A DNA stretch of 64,000 bases, taken from a virus. Positions 35,231 through 48,700 of this stretch are shown here, piece after piece (positions within the stretch are counted from its first letter, which is position 1; every line of letters starts with the position of its first letter). The notes beneath the pieces are model-generated. The model searched no databases, was not told the DNA's origin, and saw nothing but the letters and a program-made list of their open reading frames with translations. Both the position numbers and the translations under genes were made by a program. The stretch lies in the IMG/VR virus record IMGVR_UViG_3300021181_000009, positions 7,175 through 71,174 of that record. One strand, given 5' to 3'.

Positions 35231-35986
35231 CTACTTCAAACCTTTTTGAGCCAGAAAAGAAAAATAGTCTGAGTAATTGCTATATTCTTGTTCTATCTCT
35301 CTAAAAAACTTTAAAAATGGTTCTGACGCTGTAAGTTCTTGAATGTCTCGTTCATTGATCGATTGATTAAGCTCATTCATAAACTGCTTATTCTCTATAT
35401 GCATACTGAACTTTCTATCATTTAGTATAATGATATACAAGCTACCCTTTGATGCATACTTACTAAATTCATTATAGATGGATCCTGAGACACACCACTT
35501 AGTTCCCTTCCCGTATATCTTTGCTGCGTTAGCAGTCTTAGGAATAATTACTAGTAATCCTCTATCTTCAATGAATCTAACAGATTCAGTTTCCTTTATC
35601 TGTTTTTCTATTTCATTCTTAGACAAGCTACCAAATTTATTCTTTATAAAACAAACAACATCGTCAATTGTTTGATGCTGAAATAATTCTTTAAGAGATT
35701 TAGTGGATTCATCTAATGTCTCGAAATACAACTCCAAAACTTCTTTATACTGTACAATTTCTACCATCTGAAACTTTTTCTTTTTATATTGATTAGATAA
35801 CCAATCTATACCTGACACAGTTTTCAGACAACTTTCAAAATGCCCTAGTATTACTACTAGACTAAGATCCATACTATCAAAGTATGAATCTTTTCTTGCA
35901 GCTTCGATCAATCCTTTCTCTATACTAAGCAAAAATTTTCTTTGCTTGTTCGGTATAGATGTTAGATCAAAGTCTTTAATTCTCAT
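35231..35986 (-). CDS. Hypothetical phage protein with YGxGTKWC motif and MRIKDF N-terminus
   Basis: IIPKT..AAKIYGKGTKWCVS...LYII. The N-terminus resembles the array signal. Confidence 0.6.
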   Translation of the reverse strand: MRIKDFDLTSIPNKQRKFLLSIEKGLIEAARKDSYFDSMDLSLVVILGHFESCLKTVSGIDWLSNQYKKKKFQMVEIVQYKEVLELYFETLDESTKSLKELFQHQTIDDVVCFIKNKFGSLSKNEIEKQIKETESVRFIEDRGLLVIIPKTANAAKIYGKGTKWCVSGSIYNEFSKYASKGSLYIIILNDRKFSMHIENKQFMNELNQSINERDIQELTASEPFLKFFREIEQEYSNYSDYFSFLAQKGLK

Positions 35987-36582
35987 TACGCTAAATTAGT
36001 CAATGATTGGATACGCAATGTATAATCAATTTGTAGCATACGATTCAATGATTTTTGAACTGGACTAAAAATGACATGAGTCAGTAACAAACCTGCCCCC
36101 GGGGTACCATTCCAGCTTTTAAGACCTAGTTCATCGAAAGTAAACGTATCATTAAAGTTAGTTGAGTTATCGAATGCTGCTTGCCCGGCAGGTTCTCCGA
36201 AATCTAACAAGCAAGAAATCAAAATGTCAGTATACACTTGACCTTGTGAGTGATTTACTTGCATAAAATTTACACCTGGATTCGGATTTAATGAACTTTG
36301 ATCATTAACTACTTTGTAATACGTATCGTTATACAGACTAGCATTTTGCCCTGTCACATTCGGCGGCAAATATGTAATGATTCCTGTCGAACTAACACTA
36401 GTACCACCATTACCGAAATGCATTTCTTGAATCCATCCAGTCGTTCTGTTTGCTAAGGTTAATGCCATTGCATTGGAAATATTTTCATAATGACAAGCAT
36501 TATCTTTCTCAACTAAAATTTCTTTTGAAATTGGATCAAAAATTTTAATGTGTCCATGGACACTCATAGGAATATTAATCAT
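35986..36582 (-). CDS. Virion structural protein, baseplate/fibre attachment type
   Basis: GHIKIFD, FGNGG, LD.GEP, FDELGL, THVIF.PVQKS.NR...IDYT. Located in the tail module. Confidence 0.6.
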   Translation of the reverse strand: MINIPMSVHGHIKIFDPISKEILVEKDNACHYENISNAMALTLANRTTGWIQEMHFGNGGTSVSSTGIITYLPPNVTGQNASLYNDTYYKVVNDQSSLNPNPGVNFMQVNHSQGQVYTDILISCLLDFGEPAGQAAFDNSTNFNDTFTFDELGLKSWNGTPGAGLLLTHVIFSPVQKSLNRMLQIDYTLRIQSLTNLA

Positions 36583-36586
36583 TTGT

Positions 36587-36730
36587 TCAAGCCCTTATTT
36601 CGACAAAAACTTCATTTGTCCTTGGATCGAAGATTTTAATCTTACCTTGCGTCAAAATGCCTGACTTCTCATCAGGCATTTGATCCTTAGGCTTAATATC
36701 TTCATTAGGTTTAATAGGTTTTTCTTGCAT
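36587..36730 (-). CDS. 47-aa small protein resembling the N-terminus of the next gene, not in the ORF track
   Basis: MQEKPIKPNEDIKPKDQMPDEKSGILTQGKIKIFDPRTNEVFVEIRA*. Preceded by TAAATA-N6-ATG. Confidence 0.7.
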   Translation of the reverse strand: MQEKPIKPNEDIKPKDQMPDEKSGILTQGKIKIFDPRTNEVFVEIRA

Positions 36731-36739
36731 AAAGAATAT

Positions 36740-39700
36740 TTATCCTATATAGAATGTGGGTTGTTCCTTCAAGAATATAGCTTGAATTGTGTCATCATTC
36801 ACTAATGATTGACCATTTGACGGTGTAGTTGCTCCTAATGTGTACCAAGTCATTCCTGCAGCATTCGGAATCTCTTGACCCATACTTGCGTCTTCTACTA
36901 AAGTTCCCACTGGAATAGTTGCTTGTGTGGCGCCAGTTCCTGCTGTCCCTCTTCGTATTTGTAACAAAGCATTATTGACAGTATCAATTTGCCAATATGT
37001 GATTCGTTCTCCGCCAATGAAGATTACGCCTGGAATTACTTGTTCAGGATTAGGAATACCTAAGGTAGAAACATCTTTAACAAATATTTCTGTATCTGTA
37101 ATGTGCAATGCCTGAACCAGAGTAGTCGTATTTGCTTGACTCAATCTCAAATAAGACCAATTATCCCTCATATCCTTAAACATACGGAATCCAATTGCAG
37201 ATTGTTGAACTACTTCAGTTAAGCTAGTAATCACTACAATATCAGATTGTTGAACGTTCAATGTTGAACTCAAAGTAACTACGGTAGGAGTTAACAATGA
37301 AAAATCATTGTATGGAATCAAACGGCGGCCATTAAATGTAATGATCAAGTAGTTCAAATTAGCTGCTGGCCTGCTTAACGTGTAATTAGGAACAATAAGC
37401 TCAATTGTAGATGGTGCATCAAATCCAGCGGTATCATATGGTGCCGCTGAGAAACCGTTTAATGTTGACGCGCCGATAATTTGTCCGCCTTGATACACCT
37501 GAGTTCTTATAGACTCAAGATCATCACATTGAACACTAATAATTGAAATAATATCGCCCGGTAACAATGTGACTTCTGAAGAATTAATAGTAAATTGATT
37601 ATTTCCAATTGGTGATCCGCCAGTCATTACATATTGTGCTCCAGTATTCACGCCTACAGAAATTTGTGCTCCTACAGGAGGTGCTGTGTTGAACTGAATT
37701 TGTCTAGGGATCGTACCTGAAGGTGGCAATATAGTATAAGAGCTAGAGAAATATGGAACATTATTGATCCAAACATCAAAGTCGCCAGGTTGGACCGTTG
37801 CAGGATTAATATTCTGAGTTCCTTGTGATGCAAATACAGTAGTCACACCATCGCCAGTATAGTAAGCTGTATTTGTAGGAATTAATCTATTGTCATTATG
37901 GTTTACAATAATTGCTCCGCCAATTGGGCCTGCATTAAAGATAGTCCTATCCATATTTATAATATATGAACTTGATGTTATCGGACCTGCAATGACAACT
38001 TCTTGGACATGGACTTCTGCTCTAGTCAAATATGTGCTATACAAATGCACATGCACATTCAATCCGTTCAATGCCGCAGCGGTGATTGTCAACAATGTAT
38101 TTCGACCATCTGGAGCTAGTGACAATGTATATGCATTTGTTGTTAATCCGTTAAACAATACTAAGCTATCCATAACTTCTGCATATGGTGCATTTAGTGT
38201 AATAAGATTTGTGTTTCCTGACAGGATGAACGACTCTGCAAAAATCTGATTACCACCAGCATCGTCAATAACATAAAGATACACATAATCACTAGATGCT
38301 GGCGGAAACTTAAACGTAATCGTCTTACTATTAAATGACATAGTATAATTCACATTCGGAATTTGCATTCCACCGTTCTTTGTGAAAACAAGGACATTAT
38401 CTCCCAGTAGGTTTGTTGCAGAGTATGAATATGTTTGTGTAAATCCTGTACCTGGATAACTGAACAACTCAACTGGAACTCCCTTCGGATTCGTTGAATT
38501 TATTGTAGGATCATTAGTAACAACCTTAAAATCCAATGTATCGAATACTGAGCCTGGGACTAATTCTTCTGGAGCATAACTTGCAAACGCATCAATATAT
38601 GCACCACCATCAACAATTATGTCAGCTGGACGAATTCCTAGCTCTAAATCAGTATATAAACTAGAAACTTCTACATCATACAATGAATCAGAAGGTATCG
38701 GGAATCCCTCAGGGCCAATTTGAGTGGCATCAAATGGCTCAGTATCGAATCCACCTACATCCCAGACTGGAGTTTGTTCAAACGTTAATCCAGTCATCTT
38801 GACACCAGAATAATCAATGCCTGATTGAACTTGATTTAAGAAGTCGCCGGGCATTCCAGATGAAGGATCATATAGCGCAGCAATTCTGTCATTTGCATTT
38901 GTATAATCTGAATCACTCATTAAGAATAAGTTCGTTGTATCAAATGTGCTTCCTGACACAAATATACCAGCTGTCTCATCAACTGATATCAATGTGGTAT
39001 CATCTGATACTAAAATATCATCAACTGATCCAGTAAAATTAACATTTATGCCATATGATAAACCATTGTAAGTAACAATTTGATTTGTAGTGAATGTTGT
39101 GTTTGGAGTCCATGGCACAACATTCGTATTATAGCTAATACGATCAAATTTCATCGTCAGATCAAATGATCGAATCAAATTATTTCCGATGATTGCAACT
39201 GCTGTTGCTCCAATGCCCCCACCACCAGAAATCGTAACAATAGGGGCAGTTACATAATTAACACCTTCTGATAATATTTCGATAGATGCGACTGTGCTGC
39301 CATTCATAATTGCTATAGCAGTGGCACCGGTGCCGCCGCCACCAGTCACATAAACTGTAGGGGTGCTGATAAATCCTGACCCACCATTACTCAATTCGAT
39401 ACTAATCAAATTATTAGACAAATGATAATTGTTCCACATTTCGTATTGTGGTTGAGTATCTAACAAAAATTGATCATTCGGTTGCGTGCCATTTGGACTT
39501 CTATAATATCCCAAACTTGAATCAAAGTACGGTGGCAAATCAAAGTCAGTAACATCACCTAGGTATGTATCTTGCCAAGTATAATCAAGCACATAGTCTC
39601 GGATTATAGTATGATATGGTAATACCTCATTCAAATAGTCTTGGAAGTATGTTTGGTTATCAATTTGATAACTAGGAACTTGACTCAATTCACGAATCTG

Positions 39701-42700
39701 ATGTAGAACTGATACAAAGCTAGTCTTGAAAATCCAATCGACCCACTTTTGTTCAGACAAGATGTAATTAATCATTCTAAAGAACAGACTATTAGCATTG
39801 ATAGCTAGATCATCAATAAAAATGTTGTTAAAAATACAATTGATAATGTTTCTAGTTTCTTGAACAGGAAACTTGTCGAACGGCTGCACGTCAAACCGTT
39901 GATTGTCCCATCCTAGTTGATTATCCACAAAATCATACAAGCTACTATCGAATTGAATAGTTGCGTTATCTAATGCTAGTGTTGTATAATTTCCAATCGA
40001 ATTAAACAACACTATCTCTGAATCACCAGAACCATTATCATTGATCTTGATGATGTTTCCTGGTTGAACATTAGTTAAGAATGCTATATCAACTAGAGTA
40101 TCTACAACAAAGTCTGGTGTGTATGCAGGGTTATATTCTGGACTATACCAAGTAACATATTGCCAATATTGTCTAGTATCGTAACTTTGCATCTGTATGG
40201 CAACCCACACATTAGATTGTGTTTTAGAATAGATTGCCCAGAATCCATTAAAATTGAAGTCATTAGCTACGAGAACTTTGTAACCTGGTGCGAGTGCTGC
40301 AACTGGCAAGAAAGTCAATGTTTCGTAATTCGCAACAGTTTGATTATAATTTATTGTTCCATTGTTGCTTATCGCTGGCGGAATAGGATCAAATTGCTGT
40401 ATTACGCTCAAATCTTTTGAGAATGCGATTTGATTAACAGAGCAAACAGAATTTACATACTGAATTAAAACTTCTAAACCAGTAAGCCTATCTATCACCA
40501 TGCTCTGAATTGGTCGCAATGCTGTTCCGTATTGCTCGCTGACAGGCAACGATGAGTCTGGCACAGTATTACCTAACTTATCAACCCCTACTAGGCTATC
40601 AGTTAGTTTGCTAATAATTTGAGGTGGAATCTTGCTATTAACATTGCCATTCTGCACCAATTGATATTCATTATGAATCAAATTGTCTGAAACAGAATTG
40701 TTATAATTAATGTGCAAAATAGTATCATTGCTAGATACGTTACTAATTACGTTATACAATGCAAGTGCATTCGTGTCTAAGATTGCAGCAAATTCAATTC
40801 CTTGAGCTTGAGGATTAGAAATAATTTGAGCGACAGAATTGACTGGAAGAGTTTTTGGACTTGTGACATTAATCGAAGTCTTATTTTTAATCCAATAGTA
40901 ATATGTAATAACTTGATTACCTGTGATTGAATCATACGTAATCTGAGAACAATATACTGAATCGTCTGCGTGCTTAGGAACACCGTCACCAACTTGAGTA
41001 ACATACTGAGAAGGTAGATAGATAGTTGATACCCATTCATATACATCAACAGAACTACCTGGCATTAATGATGCCCAGTTCGCTGCTCGATATGCCAAGT
41101 CACCTTGTTTATAATCTACAAATCTAACTGTATCTAAGTTCCACCATACTAGCCCAATTTGATCTTTACCCCATGGCGCCAATGGATTTAGAATTAATCC
41201 GCTTTCTGCATTTTGAACCACTTCATACACAGCTGGATCTACGCTAGTAAAGAAATCAATATTCTGTTTTGCTTCACCAGGAATCATTCCGAATAATGGA
41301 TCTACTGTTTCAATATTTTGTAGAATAGTATTTGTTTGCTTACTATAGACAAACATCTTATTAACTGGATTAGGGATAATAGGTGATGATTGTGTTCTAA
41401 GAATTTCCCATCCTAGTGTTCCAGAAGAATTCACATATTGTTGAACAGTTCCTGCTTGTGGATTTCTATCAAATGCGTTAGGAGAACCTACAAAAATATC
41501 TGTTCCTGAACTGTCAATCGCTGTTCCGAACAAATCGCCGGACACTTGCTTACCGGACACAAGTTGCTGAACTTCTACGTATTGTCCCAAATTAGAACCA
41601 TCTATGTCTGGTTGCAATTCAAATACAAATACACTTCCGCTAGGTATAGCATCTACAAAATGGGTAGTTGTTCTATCGAATGTAGTAGAAGCACTATCAA
41701 ATGTTGTATCTTCATATGTGCTTGCAAATGGACTTCCTACCATCATCTCTGTTCCGCCATCTTGGATTGCTACTGCATAACCAAATCTAGCATTTGATGT
41801 TGCTATAGGATTTATAATTTGCTGAGTCTGTTGTATAGGCACAAATCCCAGGTTTTTGTATGTGTTTCCTAATACTGGAGAAATAGCAAGTCGATTTGCT
41901 GTTGCTGACGAACTGCTAGTAATCACTAATGCATTGTTTAATACTGATGCAGTAATACCAGTTATTTTTGCTGCGTTAATATTCGATGCAAAGCCATTAA
42001 GAGTTGCATTTGTTACTGTTACATAAAAACTGTTAATAGCAATAACGTCACCCGCTATCAATGTAGGATTTATAACTGACGTTAATGTGCCTGTGCTAGA
42101 TCCAGCGTCGATAAATCTGTATACTGCGCCAGAATAATAAATTGATTCATCCGTTTCATTTGGCGCACCGACTAGTAGATTTCCACTTAGATCATCATAT
42201 GCGATTGACTGACCAAAATTAACCGTTTGCTGTGTTGTATTTCCACCTAGCTTTTGAATTTGATTGAAGTTGCCATAAACTACTTTGACTATAGATCCGG
42301 CTGCTGGTGCATTCAAAAATACAATAGTATTATTAGAAGTGTTAATAATAACATTATATGTATTAGGGTTAAAAATATTTGATGGTTGATATACACCATC
42401 AATTGTAACTGTTACGTTATTTGATATAGGAAGAGTTGGCACAACAACTGTCGTTGCTCCATCCATAACGAATTGCTGACCTGATCTTGCGAAACAATAG
42501 ACAGCGCCGGCCTTAAATTCATTTGCATTTCCGACATTGTTTGGCGCAGAAACATACAATCTATTACCAGCAGCATTACAAGTGATATCAAAACCAAATT
42601 CATCGTTTAGCGCTGAATCTGAAGCTGTAATAGTTGAGATATAATTATAAAATTGTGTCGGTTGAGTAACAATCACATTTGTTGTTGGTGCAACGTTAAA

Positions 42701-45700
42701 CACAATGTTTGAACCACTAATAGTATAATCAATATTAGGAACATATGCGATCAATCCACTGTTATCTAATACATTCAATGAATTAATGCTTAGTGGTGTG
42801 AATCCTAATGCGAATGTCGCTGTGACACTATCTGCCGTTAATGTAATTTGATTATATGCCGCTCCTTGAACTAGACCGTATGCATAAACTTCATTTACCT
42901 TAGGAGCACTAATAAACAAATATGATCCATCTGCTGTTGCACATAGACTTCCACCGAAGTTACTCAACACACCAAAATCAGGAGCAACAATAGTCTGTGT
43001 AATTACAAATCCTGCATTTTTAATAATGCCGGTATATACATATCCTGTTCCGCTGCGGCTACCTGGTGCAGATGCAATCCAACCAATTGGCGTATTGATT
43101 GCTGTTTGACCTAGATTCGCAATTTGAGTGCTTGTGATTTCAAGCTCTTGTGCTGGCACCAAAGTTCCATTGCTAGATTTAACAAACAATGAAAGAGTGC
43201 CACCATTTGCATTAAAGCCTAGGCCTGGCGCACCAACTAATACGAAGCTATTTGAAGAGGATGCAGCAATAGCTGTTCCGAAATTAGCTCCTATGTTAGT
43301 AGTAAATCGTGATAGATAATTAGTAAAATCAAATGGACTATTTTTCTGCAATACTGCCCATTCACCTAAGTCTTGATAATTGTCAATCCAGGTCATATCT
43401 CCATCAAGCCATGCATTGATAGGTGTGAATGTGGACATATCTGATGCTACAGTAAATCTAATGCTTTGCAATGTAAACACCAATCCTGTTCCTGTGGCTT
43501 GCACAAAGCCTGACAGGTTCGCTGAATACGCAACAAGAATATTTTGAAGATCAACTACTTGCAACACTTGATAAAATCCATCAAATGCGGAACTAAAATT
43601 CTTCAATGCAATAATTTGCCCAACAGTAAACTGATGATATTGTGCAAATGAAAGCTGAATTAATCCATCCAGTGCATTAGATACAGTTTCACAAGTTACT
43701 CCCGTTTCAGACACTCTATATACATTCCAATCATTGGTGAAGTCTTTTGCTGTCCAGATAGTATAACCACTTCCTATGTTGGGAATTACATTATCAATTG
43801 TTGCAATATCAGTAATATCAAATACTACTGCATCAACATCACTGGGTCTTACATATCCAGCAGTAGGCAACTGTTGTTCAATAGGGATGCCAGGGCCAGT
43901 AATAAACGGTGATGAGTCCCAACTAAGTGGTGCTGAATATAGTTGTGATGGAGCATAGCTAACTGCTGGAACGACACTATTTGAAGTATCAATAACAGTA
44001 GGATTAAATTCAATGATTTGCGGATTACCAGTAAACGTTGCACTATCTAATTGAACTTCTACGTCCAATTTTGTTTCAGTGGCGCCGAAGGATCCCACAC
44101 GAATAGCCCATTCTTCAAACAATTCTACATTGCTGCTTAGATTTCCAAAATTTGCACGAGTAAACGCGTCAACTGCTGTTGTAGTTCCTTTTTGTTTGAT
44201 AAATCCCTGATAGAATTTAATTTGACTGCTGCTTTCAACATCAAGATCAGTCAAGTATGTGCGAGGTCTAAAACCAATTAATCCCTTTGCATGGGCATCT
44301 GCTTGATCATTAAAGTTTACATAATCAACATTATAGAAATTTTGATACTGTTGTGCAGTATTAGCAAAGTTGGGAATCAATCCAGTCTTTATGACAGATG
44401 AATCAATTTGTTGCCATACCGTAAAATTAAATGTTGAGCTTGGGTAAACAATTTGTTTAGCTGTATAATATACGCCTTTAAAGCTAACTAGATCATTAGT
44501 ATTGTATGTCGTATTCGGATCCCATGTTTGTACATTATTCTGATTGATAAAGAATCCAGGAGTGGACATTGAACCATTCCAAGCCGTAGTTTTATATCCG
44601 TTCAACTTCACTCGATACTGTCTATCACTCGTTGCCGGCTGATATATAATGTCGTTAAATGAAGTGATGTTATCAAATACCAACACATGTTCCCATTGCA
44701 CTAAATTAATAGTCATCAAACCAATCGTTGTTCCGTCTACTACCTCAACTGCAAAAATATTCGGAGTTGCCGACGAATCACGTAATACTGTATAACGCGT
44801 GTTATCGATTACATTAAAATTCAAATCTAAGATTCTTGCGCCAAATGCATTATCTTGCAACGAATCTGCTACAGACAATGCTGACAACAATTGCAATTTA
44901 TTCGCTACAGGACTTAATACGATAGCTGCTCCGACGTCCCATCCTTGCTGACTCCAGGCTAAGAATTCGTTAGAACTTAGATACCAATCTTGTTGTTGAT
45001 TCAACGCAGAACTTCTATCTGAGAAATTAAATCCAACAGCATTCAAGTATCTCTGATAGCTTACTAAGAAATCTACAAGTTGTTGCTTAGTAGTAAATGT
45101 AGATCCGTATGCAACTGACATTAGGACAGGTGTATAATCTTGATATATCGTTGCTGTTGCGCCTGCTTGTGAAATAGTTACAGCATTGCTACTAGATACA
45201 CTAGGAACTATGTTGAAATATGGTGTAGTTGCATCATAGCCACGGACTGAATATCCGCCTGAAGTTAATTCAACAATAACTGCGCTGTAAGTTGCTGTAG
45301 TGACTGGCGCAGATTTAATCAAAGAAACACTATAATTATCCACTGGAACTAAAATGCCTTGCGTAGTTGTAGCAGGTGTGTTTTGTTCCAAAATTACATT
45401 CAAATAATTTTGATCTGTAAATGCACCCATCTTATATGCAAGTTGAATTGTCATTGCTGTTATGTCAGAAAGCAAAGTAGTCGATGGATTGATACCTTGA
45501 GTTCTAATATAATCTGCTACCCAGTTTGTATAACTTGCTTGGCGGACTATCAAATTATTGACAGTTGTTCCATTAAATGACGTATCTGTTTGTTTAAATC
45601 GTTCATTATCAGTAAACAAAAATTGATTTAGACTTGCATTCTTTTGATATCCGTTATCAATTAGCAAACCGAAATATTTTGCAGGTTTAGCTAATGCTTC

Positions 45701-48700
45701 CAAAATTTGAATTGAGAATGGATATTCACTAGAACTTCTCCAAGCGTATTCTGGCGGTGCAACATCTCCGAACTCATAATTCGCATCTGCCAATGATGAA
45801 TCAAAATTTTTCGTAACTACTTGAGTGGGTGGTAACAAATTCCCAGCTAAATCGACCGGAATATAGTTAGATAACCCTGGGCGTGCATATAATGGGTTTA
45901 TTCCAATATTATTTCCACCACCAACATAGCCAGCCTCAAGATCCTGCCACAACAATGTGTTGCCTTTAGTATAAGGTGCAGGACCATACTGACTTATCCA
46001 CCAGTCTGGAATTTGTGAAAATCCCAACATTTCCCAAGGGCGGGTATCTGGGTGAGTAGTATCATAGAAATATTCATAGATACCTCTCCAGTAACCATGC
46101 AACTGTTGATTGTCTTTATCTTCGAATGAGCTATAATTCCAAGTAAATGCATTATTGCTTTGGAACCAATTGTTGTCAGAATAATCTACCTTATTAATTC
46201 CTGCCCAGGTTAGAAATTCTCCAGACAATATCTGATTAATTTCAGAAATCGAATAGTCAGTAGTTCTGAACTTACCAGGAATAATTGAATTGACATCAAG
46301 TTTATCGGTATACGTAGTCTTAATGTTATTATAGATACGCAATTCTAGTTCTAACAAAAGATCATCTCGGAAGTCTCCGAATGCAGGAGTATAACTACCG
46401 TCATGACCAATGATAACATCCATCGGAGTCTGATACGTATTATCTAGAACAATCTGAGGAATGAATGCGGGGTATAAACCTAGCTTAGTGGGAGTTTCCG
46501 GCACTAATGAACCATCAGTGCTAGAATAATCCACGATGCTTATCACATCACCTGCAGCAAATGTAGTATTGATAAATTCAATAACAGCATTAGTTGTGCT
46601 AAATTGATAGTTCAATCCTCTAGTCAATTGCACACCATTATGGTATACTAATACTGCTCTATTAGACAATTCAGTTGGATCAAAAATTGCAGAGATATTA
46701 TAATTAAGTTGTGTAGGGTTAGCAACATTGTATGTTGTAGTAACGCCTGTTGATCCATATGGAATCATATCACTATAGTAATATGGGAATGAAATATCTT
46801 TATTCGCATTAATATATTTCATTATCGCATCGACTGCTGCTGGCGTAGCTAATTGATCAATATCACTAATCGTAATTGCTGCTTGCAAGAATTTTGTCTT
46901 GAAAGTGTTGTATTCATACCTAGCCTGGCGTATCGCATTGATGAAATTGTAATTATTATTCAATAAAAATAATTCAGCATACTGCAAGCCTGCACTATTC
47001 TGAATGATTTTTCCTTTATATTTGTAGATATTAGGAAAATCACGAAGATTTTGAGTTTCTACTCCTGTGCCGCCGTAAGTCAAGTTCGGAGATGATACAT
47101 TATCACCAGAATACAATGTAGTATCAGCATCAAATAATGTTGTGTCTGAGGTCAATATTTGATTTTGTGTATTTTCAGAAAATGCAAATACATTTGTTTT
47201 TTGTGAAGCAAATTGTGATACATTATCAGCAGTCACACCTGCTGTGTCAGCAGTTATTTGTGTTGTGTCTGATGTATCCACGATAGCAGGTAAGTAATTT
47301 GCAACTGCAAGACCAGGAATTATACCTAAGGATTGTGTAGCTGAAATAAACTGCTCGCTAATGTGGCTTCTATATTGACCTAAGGTAACTGTATCGATAG
47401 TTGCATTTTGCGCATTATCTTCTAAGTTGTCTGGAATTTCATAATAGCCAATTGATGTTGACTCTTGACTGTAGATGAAAATATCTACTTTATCGCCTGG
47501 ATTTAATGTGACGTTCATTACTACATACAATCCAATGTCCAGCTGTTCTATAGCATACAGATCATTTTCAACATACAGATCATTTACATATAGCAATATA
47601 TTTTCAACTAAAGTTGAAGTTTCAGGTGTGACGTCAATTAGGAATTGAGTTGCACCACTTGTATAAGTATAAGTGAAATGTTGATATTGCTTACTTTCCT
47701 CTGATGCAGTTGACCACACATTTCTCAAATCATAACCCAATGCAGCACTGGAATCAGTTTTATGCAAAAAGCCTATGTTGATATTTTTAGTAACAGTTAG
47801 TCCATTACTCAAGTATGAGAATACATCTGTATCGAAAAAGTTTGTAAATTGAATATCACCTACATTGTTGAATGTTCGATATGTAATAGGGAAACCCAGC
47901 ACTGAATCAGGTGACCCAGTTCCAATTGTGTAACCAAAAATCTTTGTTCCAATAAATGTTGTTCCAGGATACAATGTTTGTTCTGTAAAACTGTTTCCTG
48001 CAGTGTCAAACATATCAAATAAGATGGGTTGATTTACAGAGAATTTTTCTTGATTAGTAACCCAATCGTTGCCATTAAAATTCATTGAAACACCAGTATA
48101 CTTAGTTCCTTCCGATATAATGATGTTTTGATTTTCTTGTGCGACTTCCAATGGAGTTAAATTTAGCTGCGGGTTTGCACCAGCAGTCACAGTAATTAAT
48201 TGTGCTTCATATACAGTTTGTCTAACTGTCGGATTTGTAGCACCTGCAAATATTACTTTTACGCCATTTGTCAATTTAACTTGATCTACATAAAATCCTT
48301 GCTTTCCTTCTACTTGAGAGAATGGATCAGTTACAGAAAAATCAATTAAATTTACAACATCGAAAAATGATGCGCCAGTGTTTATGAGTTGATAATTTTT
48401 TTCAAACTCAATTATTGGTCTAATTGCACGCTTAGTAGGATCTAATACTAAAGATGTGCTATTATAATTTGCAGCAGATTGCAATACATCAATATGAAAC
48501 CATCTGTTTGATCTTGCCCATGGATTTCTATCTTCACTAGAACGTTGCATAGTAAGATAGTCAGGCTCTGTTAGCCCGATTGCAGTGTTAGCATACGGCT
48601 CTGGAGTTACTAAAGTATTTACTTGGACCAATTCGATAGATTGCCCAACCCCCTCAACATAATATGCATTAAATTGATAATTAGATGGAGTAACATCGTC

